A stretch of 32,000 bases of DNA. Source: Promethearchaeum syntrophicum (GTDB taxonomy: Archaea; Asgardarchaeota; Lokiarchaeia; Sigyniarchaeales; Promethearchaeaceae). Made by a program: the position numbers and the translations under genes. The notes beneath the pieces are model-generated. The model saw only the letters and a list, made by a program, of their open reading frames with translations, did no database searches and was not told the DNA's origin. Below, piece after piece: positions 9,575 through 18,983 of this stretch; the first letter of the stretch is position 1, and the number at the start of each line of letters is the position of its first letter. The DNA is taken from contig NZ_CP042905.2 in assembly GCF_008000775.2 (NCBI RefSeq), forward strand, positions 2,070,001-2,102,000, in the 5' to 3' direction.

Positions 9575-11077
9575 ATGAGTAAAAAAATTGTTTTTACGGG
9601 ACCACCGAAAGTTGGGAAAACTACTCTTCGAAAAATCTTTTTTGAAGGCGAAAATCCATCAAAACTGTTAGAGTATTCCTTAACACCCACACATGGTCAA
9701 GAATCCATCCTCCTAAATTTAAAAGAGAAGGTGGGTGTTTTTGATTTAGCAGGTCAAGAAAATCAACGGTGGTATGAAACAGAAGCAAAATCAGTATTCT
9801 TTGATACACAAATTATTATTGTGGTGTTAGATAGTTCATCTCCTAAAGAAGAAATCGTGAAATTTACTAAAAAAGTATTAAAATTAAGAGATGAAATAAC
9901 GCCTTCTTCATTTGTTTATTTACTCCTCCATAAAATTGACTTAATCTCAAAAGATAAATTAAAAATAATAAAAGATAAGGTCAACGATGAGTTTCAGGAT
10001 GTGAATTTATTAGAAATCGCTTATACAAGTATTATGAAATATTCATTTTTACCAACTTTTACATTATTTACAGAGATATTAAAGTTAAGCTTAGGAATTA
10101 AAAAAGATGAAAATGAAAAATATAGTCTTAAATTTCTTGAATATGTAGTAAGTATATTAAATATTATCGATCAAAATGTGGTAATCCCAAAAGAAGATAT
10201 AAAGAGAGATTTGAAACTTCCTGATAAAATTTTCAATAATTTTATTGAATATTTAGAGAAAATGGAGTTTTTAGAAGCTTCAAAATTAAATAAAAAACCT
10301 GTGATATCATTAACTAAGGCTGGTAAAAATTATATTAATGAAATAGTAGGAAAATTCTCTATAGAATCCATACAGAATTTCAAAAACAATATAGAAGAAT
10401 CAAAATTTGAGGAAATTCCTTCGTTCTTAGGATTTTTAATTGCGGATAGGAATGGAAGAACCATCTCGGCTACTGAAGTATATGAAGGAGCTTTTGGTTT
10501 ATTTTTAAAGTATAATGATGAGGTAGAAAAAGGAAATGAACTGGATTTAATTCCTATGTTTATCAGTGCATTAGAAAAGTTTGCGGAAGAAATTAATATA
10601 ATGGATTTACCAGGCTTTAAATTAGAAGGTTCAAATCTCAAAATTCATACAATAAAATATGATATTTGCACACTCTGCCTCTTTATGAGAAATGATGTTA
10701 ATTTCAATTCTGTTAAAAAAGAAGTATTTGCCTGGTTTGATAATTTGATGGAAACCTATCAAGATAAATTAAAACAGAGTATTGAAAGTGGAAACATGGT
10801 TTATTCTAGTAGTCTGCATAGTGAAGCTAAGAAATGGTTAGAGCAAATGAACAAAAACTATGACGATTTGCTGATAAATTTAAAAATCTATAATTTTGAA
10901 CATGTAAAGAAACTGTATCAGAAATTAGATGAGCTTTATTTAAAAATTGATTTTAAATATTCAATGATTCTGGAAAAATTAAAAAAGTTGAAAATAAATT
11001 TGATGGAATCTGCAATGGATAATAATTTTCAAAGTTTTAAAGATATCGTAAAGAAAATAAAAGAATTAGATTCTTAA
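9575..11077 (+). CDS. Gtr/Rag-like small GTPase with winged-helix-like middle and C-terminal longin/roadblock-like domain
   Basis: G1 GPPKVGKTT, G3 DLAGQE, G4 HKID; winged-helix-like 'VVIPKEDIKRDLKLPDKIFNNFIEYLEKMEFLE...ISLTKAGKNYI'; C-terminal 'FLGFLIADRNGRTI...LIPMFISALEKFAEEINIMDLPGFKLEGSNLKIHTIKYDICTLCLFM'. Confidence 0.8.
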   Translation: MSKKIVFTGPPKVGKTTLRKIFFEGENPSKLLEYSLTPTHGQESILLNLKEKVGVFDLAGQENQRWYETEAKSVFFDTQIIIVVLDSSSPKEEIVKFTKKVLKLRDEITPSSFVYLLLHKIDLISKDKLKIIKDKVNDEFQDVNLLEIAYTSIMKYSFLPTFTLFTEILKLSLGIKKDENEKYSLKFLEYVVSILNIIDQNVVIPKEDIKRDLKLPDKIFNNFIEYLEKMEFLEASKLNKKPVISLTKAGKNYINEIVGKFSIESIQNFKNNIEESKFEEIPSFLGFLIADRNGRTISATEVYEGAFGLFLKYNDEVEKGNELDLIPMFISALEKFAEEINIMDLPGFKLEGSNLKIHTIKYDICTLCLFMRNDVNFNSVKKEVFAWFDNLMETYQDKLKQSIESGNMVYSSSLHSEAKKWLEQMNKNYDDLLINLKIYNFEHVKKLYQKLDELYLKIDFKYSMILEKLKKLKINLMESAMDNNFQSFKDIVKKIKELDS

Positions 11078-11182
11078 TTTTGTTTTACTATGATTCTTAA
11101 TTTATTAAGAAATTCTGATTCGATTTTTTATCAATTTAACTAGCATACAGAAAATTTTCTCCATTCATCTGAAAAACAAAAA

Positions 11183-12313
11183 TTAACGTTTTAAATAAAT
11201 CGACACAATATCTCCATCTTCTAAATTATGGTCTGTTTGTATAAATTTTTGCCCTGGATGTTTGGCAGATTTTCCCCAGACTAATGCATATCGGTAGTTA
11301 ATTAAGAACCTTTTGTGCAGTTTCAAGCAAAGCTTTTTAATATTATCTCCTTTATGAAGAATGATAGGTTCACTCATATCAACCTCTTTTTGAGGGGGTT
11401 TTAGGTAAACACGGATTAATTCCAGCTCTTGAAAAATTTGATGTCGTAATTTATCAATATTTTCTTTATTCAGAGCTGAAATTTTGACCCAATGATTGTG
11501 CCCGATTTTGTTTGTGATTTCTTCATCTTTTATTTTCTTTTTTGCTAAATCTTTTTTGTTTATAACTACAAATTCCTTTGTATAGATTCGATTTCCCATT
11601 ATATGGTCAATCAGCTGATCTGGAGTTACATGAGGTTCAGAAAAATATACACTTGCGTTGCTAAAACCCATTTCATTTAGAATTCCCTTTACTTCTTCCC
11701 GATCCATATCTTGATGTCCATTATATGTAAATCCAATTCCACCACGATTTGTCTTTGTTATCTGAATTCTGGGGGGTTTTTCATTTAAACGCATTCCTGC
11801 ATTAAAAAGTTCTTGTCTTATAGTTGTAAGGTGGGAAAATTCAATGGACCCATCTGGAAGAAAACAAATCAAATTTAAAATCAAATCAGCACTACGAACC
11901 GCACCGAGAATTTCTCTCCCTCTCCCTTTTCCACTTGCTGCTCCAAGAATAATACCAGGTAGATCGATCAGCTGTATTTTTGCTTCTTCTATATCCATCA
12001 TTCCAGGAATCGCTGTTAATGTGGTGAAATCATAAGATGCAACTTTTGAATCTGTATTTCCTCTTGTAAGAAGGTTAAGTAGAGAAGATTTCCCTACTGA
12101 TGGAAATCCAATAAACGCTACTTGGGAATCTCCCGTTTTCTTAACCCCAAATCCAGAACCTCCTCCTTTTTTGGAAGTTGCAATTTTGATGAGGTCATTT
12201 CGGAGCTTTGCAATTTGTGCTTTCGTATAATTTATTGCTTTCTGCGTAGCTTTATTTTTTTGAGTGCGACTAAGCCGTTCTTCAAAATCCCGAATTTTCT
12301 CTTCTATTTTTTC
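11183..12313 (-). CDS. DRG/Obg-family GTPase with TGS domain; N-terminus interrupted (no start codon in frame)
   Basis: Track gives only 11183..12001, but the frame is open upstream to 12313: ...FEERLSRTQKNKATQKAINYTKAQIAKLRNDLIKIATSKKGGGSGFGVKKTGDSQVAFIGFPSVGKSSLLNLLTRGNTDSKVASYDFTTLTAIPGMM...DLPG...NKKDL...TGS 'YRYALVWGKSAKHPGQKFIQTDHNLEDGDIVSIYLKR'. Confidence 0.88.
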   Translation of the reverse strand, partial: EKIEEKIRDFEERLSRTQKNKATQKAINYTKAQIAKLRNDLIKIATSKKGGGSGFGVKKTGDSQVAFIGFPSVGKSSLLNLLTRGNTDSKVASYDFTTLTAIPGMMDIEEAKIQLIDLPGIILGAASGKGRGREILGAVRSADLILNLICFLPDGSIEFSHLTTIRQELFNAGMRLNEKPPRIQITKTNRGGIGFTYNGHQDMDREEVKGILNEMGFSNASVYFSEPHVTPDQLIDHIMGNRIYTKEFVVINKKDLAKKKIKDEEITNKIGHNHWVKISALNKENIDKLRHQIFQELELIRVYLKPPQKEVDMSEPIILHKGDNIKKLCLKLHKRFLINYRYALVWGKSAKHPGQKFIQTDHNLEDGDIVSIYLKR

Positions 12314-12534
12314 ACTAATTTTTTGTCACACTCCAAATTTAAAACCAAGAAAGAAAATTGATTAAGAGCAAAAAATTTTTCGAAAAACAAAAATATCGTG
12401 ATAGCAGCAATGAAATTAGTGAATGAAACAAGGGAATATAATTAATTTATCATAAAGGTTACAGAATGAAAAATTAATTCTATGAAAAAAATTCGGTGGA
12501 TTGAATGTTATTTTTAGATTTTTAGAATATGAAT

Positions 12535-12930
12535 TTAAGATGTAATAGATGTTATTTCAATTTCTAATAATCTTTGAATTTTCTTTCTGAACTCGATTAT
12601 ATTTAATGGTTTTGATATATAATCACTAAATCCTGAATCTACTATTCTTTCTTTATCTCCTTTCATCGCAAATGAGGTTACAGCGATAATTGGTGTGCTC
12701 TTAAACTTGTCCATCTTCCGAATTTCTTCACAAATTTCTGTTCCATTAATTCCTGGAAGTTGAATATCTAGAAGAATAATATCCGGATCTTCGGATTTAA
12801 TTAATTCAAGGCCGTCTATTCCATTCTCCTTGGTTAAAATTTCTAGATTCGGGATCATTCCTAAAACGGCTTTGAATAACTCCAAATTTTTTTTATTATC
12901 TTCAACAATAATGATTTTTTTCAAATTCAT
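12535..12930 (-). CDS. Stand-alone response regulator receiver (REC3)
   Basis: IIIVEDNKKN...IILLDIQLPGING...IAVTSFAMKGDKERI...DYISKPLNIIEF. Confidence 0.92.
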   Translation of the reverse strand: MNLKKIIIVEDNKKNLELFKAVLGMIPNLEILTKENGIDGLELIKSEDPDIILLDIQLPGINGTEICEEIRKMDKFKSTPIIAVTSFAMKGDKERIVDSGFSDYISKPLNIIEFRKKIQRLLEIEITSITS

Positions 12931-13181
12931 ATACTTCCCTAATAGAATTCTGTTTATTGTACTTGTATTAACATGATTATATTTATCATTAATTTTGGGA
13001 AATTTTCTAAAAAAAACTTATCTAAACATTAGATTTATTCTTGATTTTTTTCTCAATTCTATGATTAAATGTAATGTAAAAAGAAATTAAGGAAAATATG
13101 TTTTTAGCAAGTAATTACTATACATAATTTATATTTCATGTAATTTAATGTAAAAAAAAATAATTAAACGGTAATTAAAAA

Positions 13182-14471
13182 ATGCCCAAAGGAATCGTTC
13201 TAGTTGGATGGGATAATAAAATGGGATCTACAATTGAGGTGAAATTCCCAAAGGATTATCAAATCCAAAATAAAAAAATAACTCAGTATTTGGTAACTCT
13301 ACAAACTTTCGGAAGAAGTTCAAATATTCAAATTCGAGATAATGAGGATATAATTTTAATTTTTGGTTATCCGGTAAGAGAAGGGCCTGCAAATTATGAC
13401 TTTATTATTGTAATTCTGGATAGTTTAGAGGAATCCGAAATTCCAAAAATTCAAAGTAAACTAAATCTTGAAGGAGGAAATATTTTAAAAACTCCCAAAC
13501 CTAAAAGATCAAAATTATTCCTGGATTTTGCAGGAAATTTCATCAAACAGGAACAAAAGAAAATAGTTTTTATGGGATATCCGAATTCAGGGAAAACTAC
13601 AACAAAATTATTCTTTTTTGAGAAGATTCAGAGTGAGAAACTTTTAGAAACTACATTTACGCCCACAAAAGGAATTGAAACGGATCGGTATAGTTTAATT
13701 GATTCGAATATTGCATTATTTGATACTTCTGGCCAAGAAATTGAAAGATGGTTTAACATAGATGAAACTCCTTTAATTGGTTCTGACCTAACAATTTTCT
13801 TTATAACAGCAATGGATTGGAAACGAAACCCAGAGAAGGTAAAAAATGATTTAAATAGACTTATTCAACTCTCTGAAAAACTTGATGAGTCTGATCACGA
13901 TTTAGTTCTATTCTGCCATAAATTTGATGAAATTACTGAGAATATAGAAGAATTTAAAATAAGTCTTATAGATTTCACTCAAACGTTAGATATCTCTGTA
14001 TTTTTCACTTCAATTAAAGATACGGGGAATTTTGATATTTATATTGGTTATCAACTCATGTTGAGAAAATTCTCACCACTATTTGCTTTTATAAATAATT
14101 CACTCAATCCACTTATGAGCAGGTATCAACAAAGCGGAAATCTCCTATTTATTCTCGATTCTGATTTCACTCTAATCACAGATTTTACTCATAGCATTGA
14201 GGATTTTGATGTGGCGAACATCCAACAGTTTAAAAGTACTACAATCAAAATGATGAAAATTATTAATTTAGATGATAATAAATCTAGTGATTTCATTACT
14301 TTTACTTACGAATCAAGTGCTAAAATAGTCGTTTGTTTAAGAATATCTAAATTTAATCCCGATTTTTCTTATGTTATAATGCAAGCTGATTCATATCAAC
14401 TTGTGGATGAAATCTATAAGGAATATAATAAAATGAAAGAGAATTTTACGTGGGTAGAGCATAATAATTAA
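13182..14471 (+). CDS. Rag-like GTPase flanked by longin/roadblock-like domains
   Basis: N-terminal 'GIVLVGWDNKMGSTIEVKFP...IILIFGYPVREGPANYDFIIVILD'; G1 GYPNSGKTT, G3 DTSGQE, G4 HKFD; C-terminal roadblock-like 'GNLLFILDSDFTLITDFTHS...KIVVCLRISK'. Confidence 0.75.
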   Translation: MPKGIVLVGWDNKMGSTIEVKFPKDYQIQNKKITQYLVTLQTFGRSSNIQIRDNEDIILIFGYPVREGPANYDFIIVILDSLEESEIPKIQSKLNLEGGNILKTPKPKRSKLFLDFAGNFIKQEQKKIVFMGYPNSGKTTTKLFFFEKIQSEKLLETTFTPTKGIETDRYSLIDSNIALFDTSGQEIERWFNIDETPLIGSDLTIFFITAMDWKRNPEKVKNDLNRLIQLSEKLDESDHDLVLFCHKFDEITENIEEFKISLIDFTQTLDISVFFTSIKDTGNFDIYIGYQLMLRKFSPLFAFINNSLNPLMSRYQQSGNLLFILDSDFTLITDFTHSIEDFDVANIQQFKSTTIKMMKIINLDDNKSSDFITFTYESSAKIVVCLRISKFNPDFSYVIMQADSYQLVDEIYKEYNKMKENFTWVEHNN

Positions 14472-14516
14472 AATAACTCTCTTTTTTTTTTAAAAAAAAT
14501 TTTATAAAAAAAAGGT

Positions 14517-15668
14517 TTATTCAGTTAAATTTCTTAATTTAAACACTTTTCTCAGTTCTGACATTACATCATTTCTATTCGGTTTAACTTTTTGTTGCAC
14601 TTTTTTCTTTGGTGGGGGAGGAGGAGGTTGAACTATTTGTTTATTTGATGATTTCACTTCAATATTTTTTGTACTTGGAATTTTTCCTAGATTCGATCCT
14701 CCAATTATACCTTTTAATTCTTGAAATTGATTCATTATTGAACTATTTAACTTAATTACCATTTCTGAAAGAATTGAAACTTGTTCTTCTAAATTTTTTG
14801 CAATTTTATCTGGACCGAAAAATTGCTTAAAGGATTTTGCAAATTCGGGCTCATTTGCATAGAAATTATAAATACTCGATTGAATTAATTCAAAACTAAA
14901 TTTCTTCTCATTAAGCGATGTTGAGATTATTTCAGAGATCATTTCTAAATTAATTTGAAAATCTACTTCTTGACGTATATCAGGATCTGATTTATGTAAG
15001 AGTACTAATACATATGGATTTTCTTTGAAATAACTCACTATATCTAGAATTTTATCAAAATATTCTATTGATTCATCAAAACGTTCCGAATCTTGGATAT
15101 CTATAACATAGATAATTAAATCGATATGTAAGAAAAATTCTTCTGGATTTTTTAAATAATCCTGCCTGTGGAATTCTTGTCCACCGAAATCCCATATCGT
15201 TAAATTAAAATTTTCAACTTCAATTTTTTGAATGTCCACTCCTTTTGTAGGAGGAAGATTAGTTATATCGCCAAATTTTGTTTTTCCTTTTAAGCTTTCA
15301 AGCATGGATGTTTTTCCTGCGTTATTAAGACCCAAAACTATTATTTTTTGCTTGGATTTTTTTAAATAAAGTGATCTTTTTTTCCATGCTCTTGATAATA
15401 ATTCAGCTGTTAAAATCCATTTTTCGAATAGTTCTTCACTAATACTAGTTTCTTTTGCAATTTTTTTAATTTTTTCAGATTTTAATTTTACAAAATCTCT
15501 AATTTGGGTGATTTTGTATTTTTTAAGTTTCTCTCCATATTCATTCTTGCATTCTTTTAAAACGCTTGGATTCATATTCAAAATTTCTGAAAAAGAATTT
15601 GGTGTTTTTTCAACAACAAGAAATTTCTTACAAAAAATATCGATTATTTTTTCTTTATCTGTTGACAT
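14517..15668 (-). CDS. Arf-like GTPase with N-terminal helical/HhH-like domain and C-terminal polyproline plus WH2-like tail
   Basis: G1 GLNNAGKTS, switch 'PPTKGVD', G3 WDFGGQE, G4-position HKSD; tail PPPPPPKKK...RNDVMSELRKVFKLRNLTE. Confidence 0.85.
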   Translation of the reverse strand: MSTDKEKIIDIFCKKFLVVEKTPNSFSEILNMNPSVLKECKNEYGEKLKKYKITQIRDFVKLKSEKIKKIAKETSISEELFEKWILTAELLSRAWKKRSLYLKKSKQKIIVLGLNNAGKTSMLESLKGKTKFGDITNLPPTKGVDIQKIEVENFNLTIWDFGGQEFHRQDYLKNPEEFFLHIDLIIYVIDIQDSERFDESIEYFDKILDIVSYFKENPYVLVLLHKSDPDIRQEVDFQINLEMISEIISTSLNEKKFSFELIQSSIYNFYANEPEFAKSFKQFFGPDKIAKNLEEQVSILSEMVIKLNSSIMNQFQELKGIIGGSNLGKIPSTKNIEVKSSNKQIVQPPPPPPKKKVQQKVKPNRNDVMSELRKVFKLRNLTE

Positions 15669-15746
15669 AATTTTAATGTTTTTTTCATTCCTAAAACTCT
15701 TCCTATCGAATTCTCAGTTAATAAATATAAAATCAGTGAAAACATT

Positions 15747-18700
15747 CTAAATTAATTTCTTGGGTAATGTAAATGAAAAGGATGAACCTTCACCCAATAC
15801 ACTGGTAAATGTGATATGTCCTCCGTGAAGTTCAATTAACTTTTTTGTCAACATCAACCCCAATCCAGTTCCTTCAATAGATTCCACATAATCTGATTCA
15901 ACTCTCTTAAATTCTTGAAAAATAATTCCAAAATCCTCTGGTGCAATCCCAATTCCAGTATCAATTATTTTAAATTTCCAATTCTTTTCATCTTCCATAA
16001 AATCTAATTTTATTCCGCCTTTTTCAGTATATTTGATAGCATTACTTAAGAGATTTAGAAGTATTTCTTTAAACCTTATCGGATCTGCATTAATAATTGT
16101 GCCTTTTTCAAACCCAACTAACTCAAAATTCAATCCTTTTTTTTTATAAAGTGGTTTTACTTCGATTTCAATTTGAGAAACCAAATTCAATAAATCAAAA
16201 TCTCTGTACTTTAATTCTACTTTTCCTGCTTCTATTTTTGAAATATCTAAAATATCATTTATTAGATTTAATAAGTGTTCTGCCGATGTTCTGACGTTAT
16301 TAAGATAATGATCTTGTTTTTCGTTCACATCTCCATAGAATTTCTCAATCAAAATATCTGTAAAGCCAATGATACTATTTAATGGAGTTCTTAGTTCATG
16401 AGACATTGATGCCATAAAATCAGATTTAAATTGGGAAGATTTAATAAGTTGATCTTGATATTGTTTTTGCTGCTCTAATGATTCAGTAACATCACGAGAA
16501 ATCGAGGAAATTCCAACAATATCTCCCTTTAAATCTAAAATTGGGGAAATTGTCACATTAACACTTAATACCTTTCCATCTTTTCTAAGACGTTTAGTTT
16601 CAAACAATTTGTAGGATTCACCTTGAACAACTTTTTCTATTAAGTTGGGAATCTCTTCCATGCGATCAGGTGGAATCAACATGCTTATTGATTTTTCTAA
16701 AACTTCCTCCAATGCATAACCATATATTCTTTCAGCACCCTTATTCCATGATTTAATCATTCCCTCTTTATCCATGCTTACAATCGAATCTGATGAAGTT
16801 CCAACAATACTTGCTAATCTCTTCGTTTCTAATTTATATTCTATACTGATTATTCCTAATTTAATTCGTGTTAAAATTTCTTTTAATAATCTTTTTTCTT
16901 CATCTAAAAATTCCTTATTAATTTCATAAACTACCTCAATTTTCAATGGAATATCATTAATTTTATCAGAAATGGTTAATTTCCATTCGGATTCTTTAAA
17001 ACTTGTTGTTTGGGCTTGATTTTCTCCATAAATTATTTTTACCATAGTTATTTCTGGATATTGCCATGATGAACGAATCAGAGGTAGAACTCCATAGAGC
17101 AATTCCTTGATGGTAATGTCTGGTACAACTAAAAGACTGGAAATTCCATATAAACATTTTAATCCTTTAATCCTGACTTGAAGCATTAATTCGGATTCCA
17201 AAATTTGTTTTTCTTTTTTTTTCCGGTCAGTAATATCTTCAAATATTTCTAAAAGTGCCGGTTTTCCATTGAAATTTTCAATTTTTGTGGAACTAATCTC
17301 AAAATCTCGTTCTTCGTCAAATTTTGACAAAAATAATTTGTCCTCAAATTTTAAAGATTTAATATTCTGACTGAGTGATTTGTTTCTCAGTGGACACATA
17401 TCATCACATGGTTGCTCTCTGCCTCTTAAAATTTTATAACATATCTTCCCGTCAAGAATTCCGTCATATATTTTAGAAGAGCTTCTATTATGGAATAAAA
17501 TTTCATAATCTTCAGATATTACAAAAACGGGATAATTTAGAGTATTTAATATAATATTTAATTGATTTTTTGAATTTTCCAGCTCCCTAGTCCTTAATTC
17601 TACCTTTTGATCTAAATCCAAATTTAAATTTCGTAATCTGAATTCTGTTTCCTTTAATTTATTCTCCCGTGATTTACTTTCAGTAATATTTCTGACAAAA
17701 ACAGCAATTTTATTCTCATCATAGAAAAACAATCTCGCCTCAAAAATTTCAATTATCTCATTTTGTTGTTTTAAAGGAAATTCAACTACCTGTGGTTTTT
17801 TTGTTTTAAATACTTCTAAAGATTTTTCTTCAATCAATTTTGAAATCTTATTTGGAAAACCAATAAAAAGATCTTTTCCCAATAAATTATCTAAAGGAAC
17901 GTGAAGTAAATTTTTATCTCCGTGAAATTCCAAGACATCTCCCTTTTTAGAGAGTAATAAAAATAAATCAGGAATAGCTTGAAAAATGGTTGTAAATTTT
18001 TTAAGTGAATTTCTTAAATTTTTCTCATTTTTTTTCTGAATCTTATAATAACGCATTTTTGCGATTCCTAAGGAGAGATTATTCACCATTTTTGATATTA
18101 ATTCCACATCATCTTCATCGAATGTGTTTTTATTTCCTGAATATATGCCTAACACACCAATTACAATATTCTCTATAATGATTGGGATTGAAATTGATGA
18201 TAGAAAACCTGATCCATCGAAAACAGTTTTCCAATTTTTAAATTTTTTTTCTGCACTTAAATCGTTAATAATATAATTTTTTCTTGTTCTTATCGCTGTT
18301 CCGCTAGGACTTTGATCTTTTACAGATTCGGACCATGTAAATTTCAATTTTTTTCCATCATATTTAGAATTATCAAAGATATTATATCCAGCTAAAGCAA
18401 CTGGTTTTATTGATTTTTCTTCATCATATTGGACTAACCCAATCCAACAAAATTGGTAATTTTTAAATTGAATAATCTCTTCACAAAATTCTTGAAACAT
18501 TCCCATTTCATTTTTTGCATTTGAAATTAGAAAGTTAGTTTGACCTTGAATAAAGGTTAATTTCTCAATCTTTCTCTGTCGCGTTATGTCAGTTCCTAAG
18601 CTAAGAACACCTTCAATATTCCCTTTTTTATTATATACATTAGAATTATGCCATCTAATGATTTTTTCTAATCCTTTTTTAGTTTGTACAGCATTTTCAA

Positions 18701-18932
18701 AATAATCTACTTCTTTTTCACCATTTATCACCTTATTAAAAACTCTCTCCATTTCTTCCCTTTTAGAATGAGGAATACAAGTTTTGAACCAATTTTTACC
18801 CAATATTTCATTTTCTCTATATCCAAGTATTTTGTTACCCTTTACGTTAATATAAAGTATTTTCCCTTTTCTATCTAATTGTAGAACTATCGCATCAATA
18901 ATGTTCAAATATTTTCTATCGTTTCCAATCAT
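15747..18932 (-). CDS. Multi-domain PAS/GAF sensor histidine kinase (no obvious TM)
   Basis: PAS (IVLQLDRKGKILYINVKGNKILGY), GAF-like blocks, further PAS, SHELRTPLNSIIGFTDIL, GTGLGLMLTKKLIELHGG. Confidence 0.93.
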   Translation of the reverse strand: MIGNDRKYLNIIDAIVLQLDRKGKILYINVKGNKILGYRENEILGKNWFKTCIPHSKREEMERVFNKVINGEKEVDYFENAVQTKKGLEKIIRWHNSNVYNKKGNIEGVLSLGTDITRQRKIEKLTFIQGQTNFLISNAKNEMGMFQEFCEEIIQFKNYQFCWIGLVQYDEEKSIKPVALAGYNIFDNSKYDGKKLKFTWSESVKDQSPSGTAIRTRKNYIINDLSAEKKFKNWKTVFDGSGFLSSISIPIIIENIVIGVLGIYSGNKNTFDEDDVELISKMVNNLSLGIAKMRYYKIQKKNEKNLRNSLKKFTTIFQAIPDLFLLLSKKGDVLEFHGDKNLLHVPLDNLLGKDLFIGFPNKISKLIEEKSLEVFKTKKPQVVEFPLKQQNEIIEIFEARLFFYDENKIAVFVRNITESKSRENKLKETEFRLRNLNLDLDQKVELRTRELENSKNQLNIILNTLNYPVFVISEDYEILFHNRSSSKIYDGILDGKICYKILRGREQPCDDMCPLRNKSLSQNIKSLKFEDKLFLSKFDEERDFEISSTKIENFNGKPALLEIFEDITDRKKKEKQILESELMLQVRIKGLKCLYGISSLLVVPDITIKELLYGVLPLIRSSWQYPEITMVKIIYGENQAQTTSFKESEWKLTISDKINDIPLKIEVVYEINKEFLDEEKRLLKEILTRIKLGIISIEYKLETKRLASIVGTSSDSIVSMDKEGMIKSWNKGAERIYGYALEEVLEKSISMLIPPDRMEEIPNLIEKVVQGESYKLFETKRLRKDGKVLSVNVTISPILDLKGDIVGISSISRDVTESLEQQKQYQDQLIKSSQFKSDFMASMSHELRTPLNSIIGFTDILIEKFYGDVNEKQDHYLNNVRTSAEHLLNLINDILDISKIEAGKVELKYRDFDLLNLVSQIEIEVKPLYKKKGLNFELVGFEKGTIINADPIRFKEILLNLLSNAIKYTEKGGIKLDFMEDEKNWKFKIIDTGIGIAPEDFGIIFQEFKRVESDYVESIEGTGLGLMLTKKLIELHGGHITFTSVLGEGSSFSFTLPKKLI

Positions 18933-18983
18933 AAGTTTGCTACCTTATCTAGTAGTTAAAAAAAGAAGTATATATCATATATA

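Noticed and set aside
9490-10641. ORFs 9490..9690 (-), 9621..9809 (+) and 10330..10641 (-)
   Set aside because: Overlap the Rag-like GTPase gene in other frames or strand; no motifs.
11844-12361. Plus-strand ORFs 11844..12035 and 12122..12361
   Set aside because: Antisense to the DRG-type GTPase coding region; the sense frame has clear GTPase motifs.
15508-15750. Plus-strand 80-aa ORF
   Set aside because: Mostly antisense to the 5' end of the Arf-like GTPase gene; hydrophobicity comes from complement of Lys-rich codons.
16097-18878. Plus-strand ORFs 16097..16294 and 18684..18878
   Set aside because: Antisense to the 1061-aa histidine kinase; no independent support.
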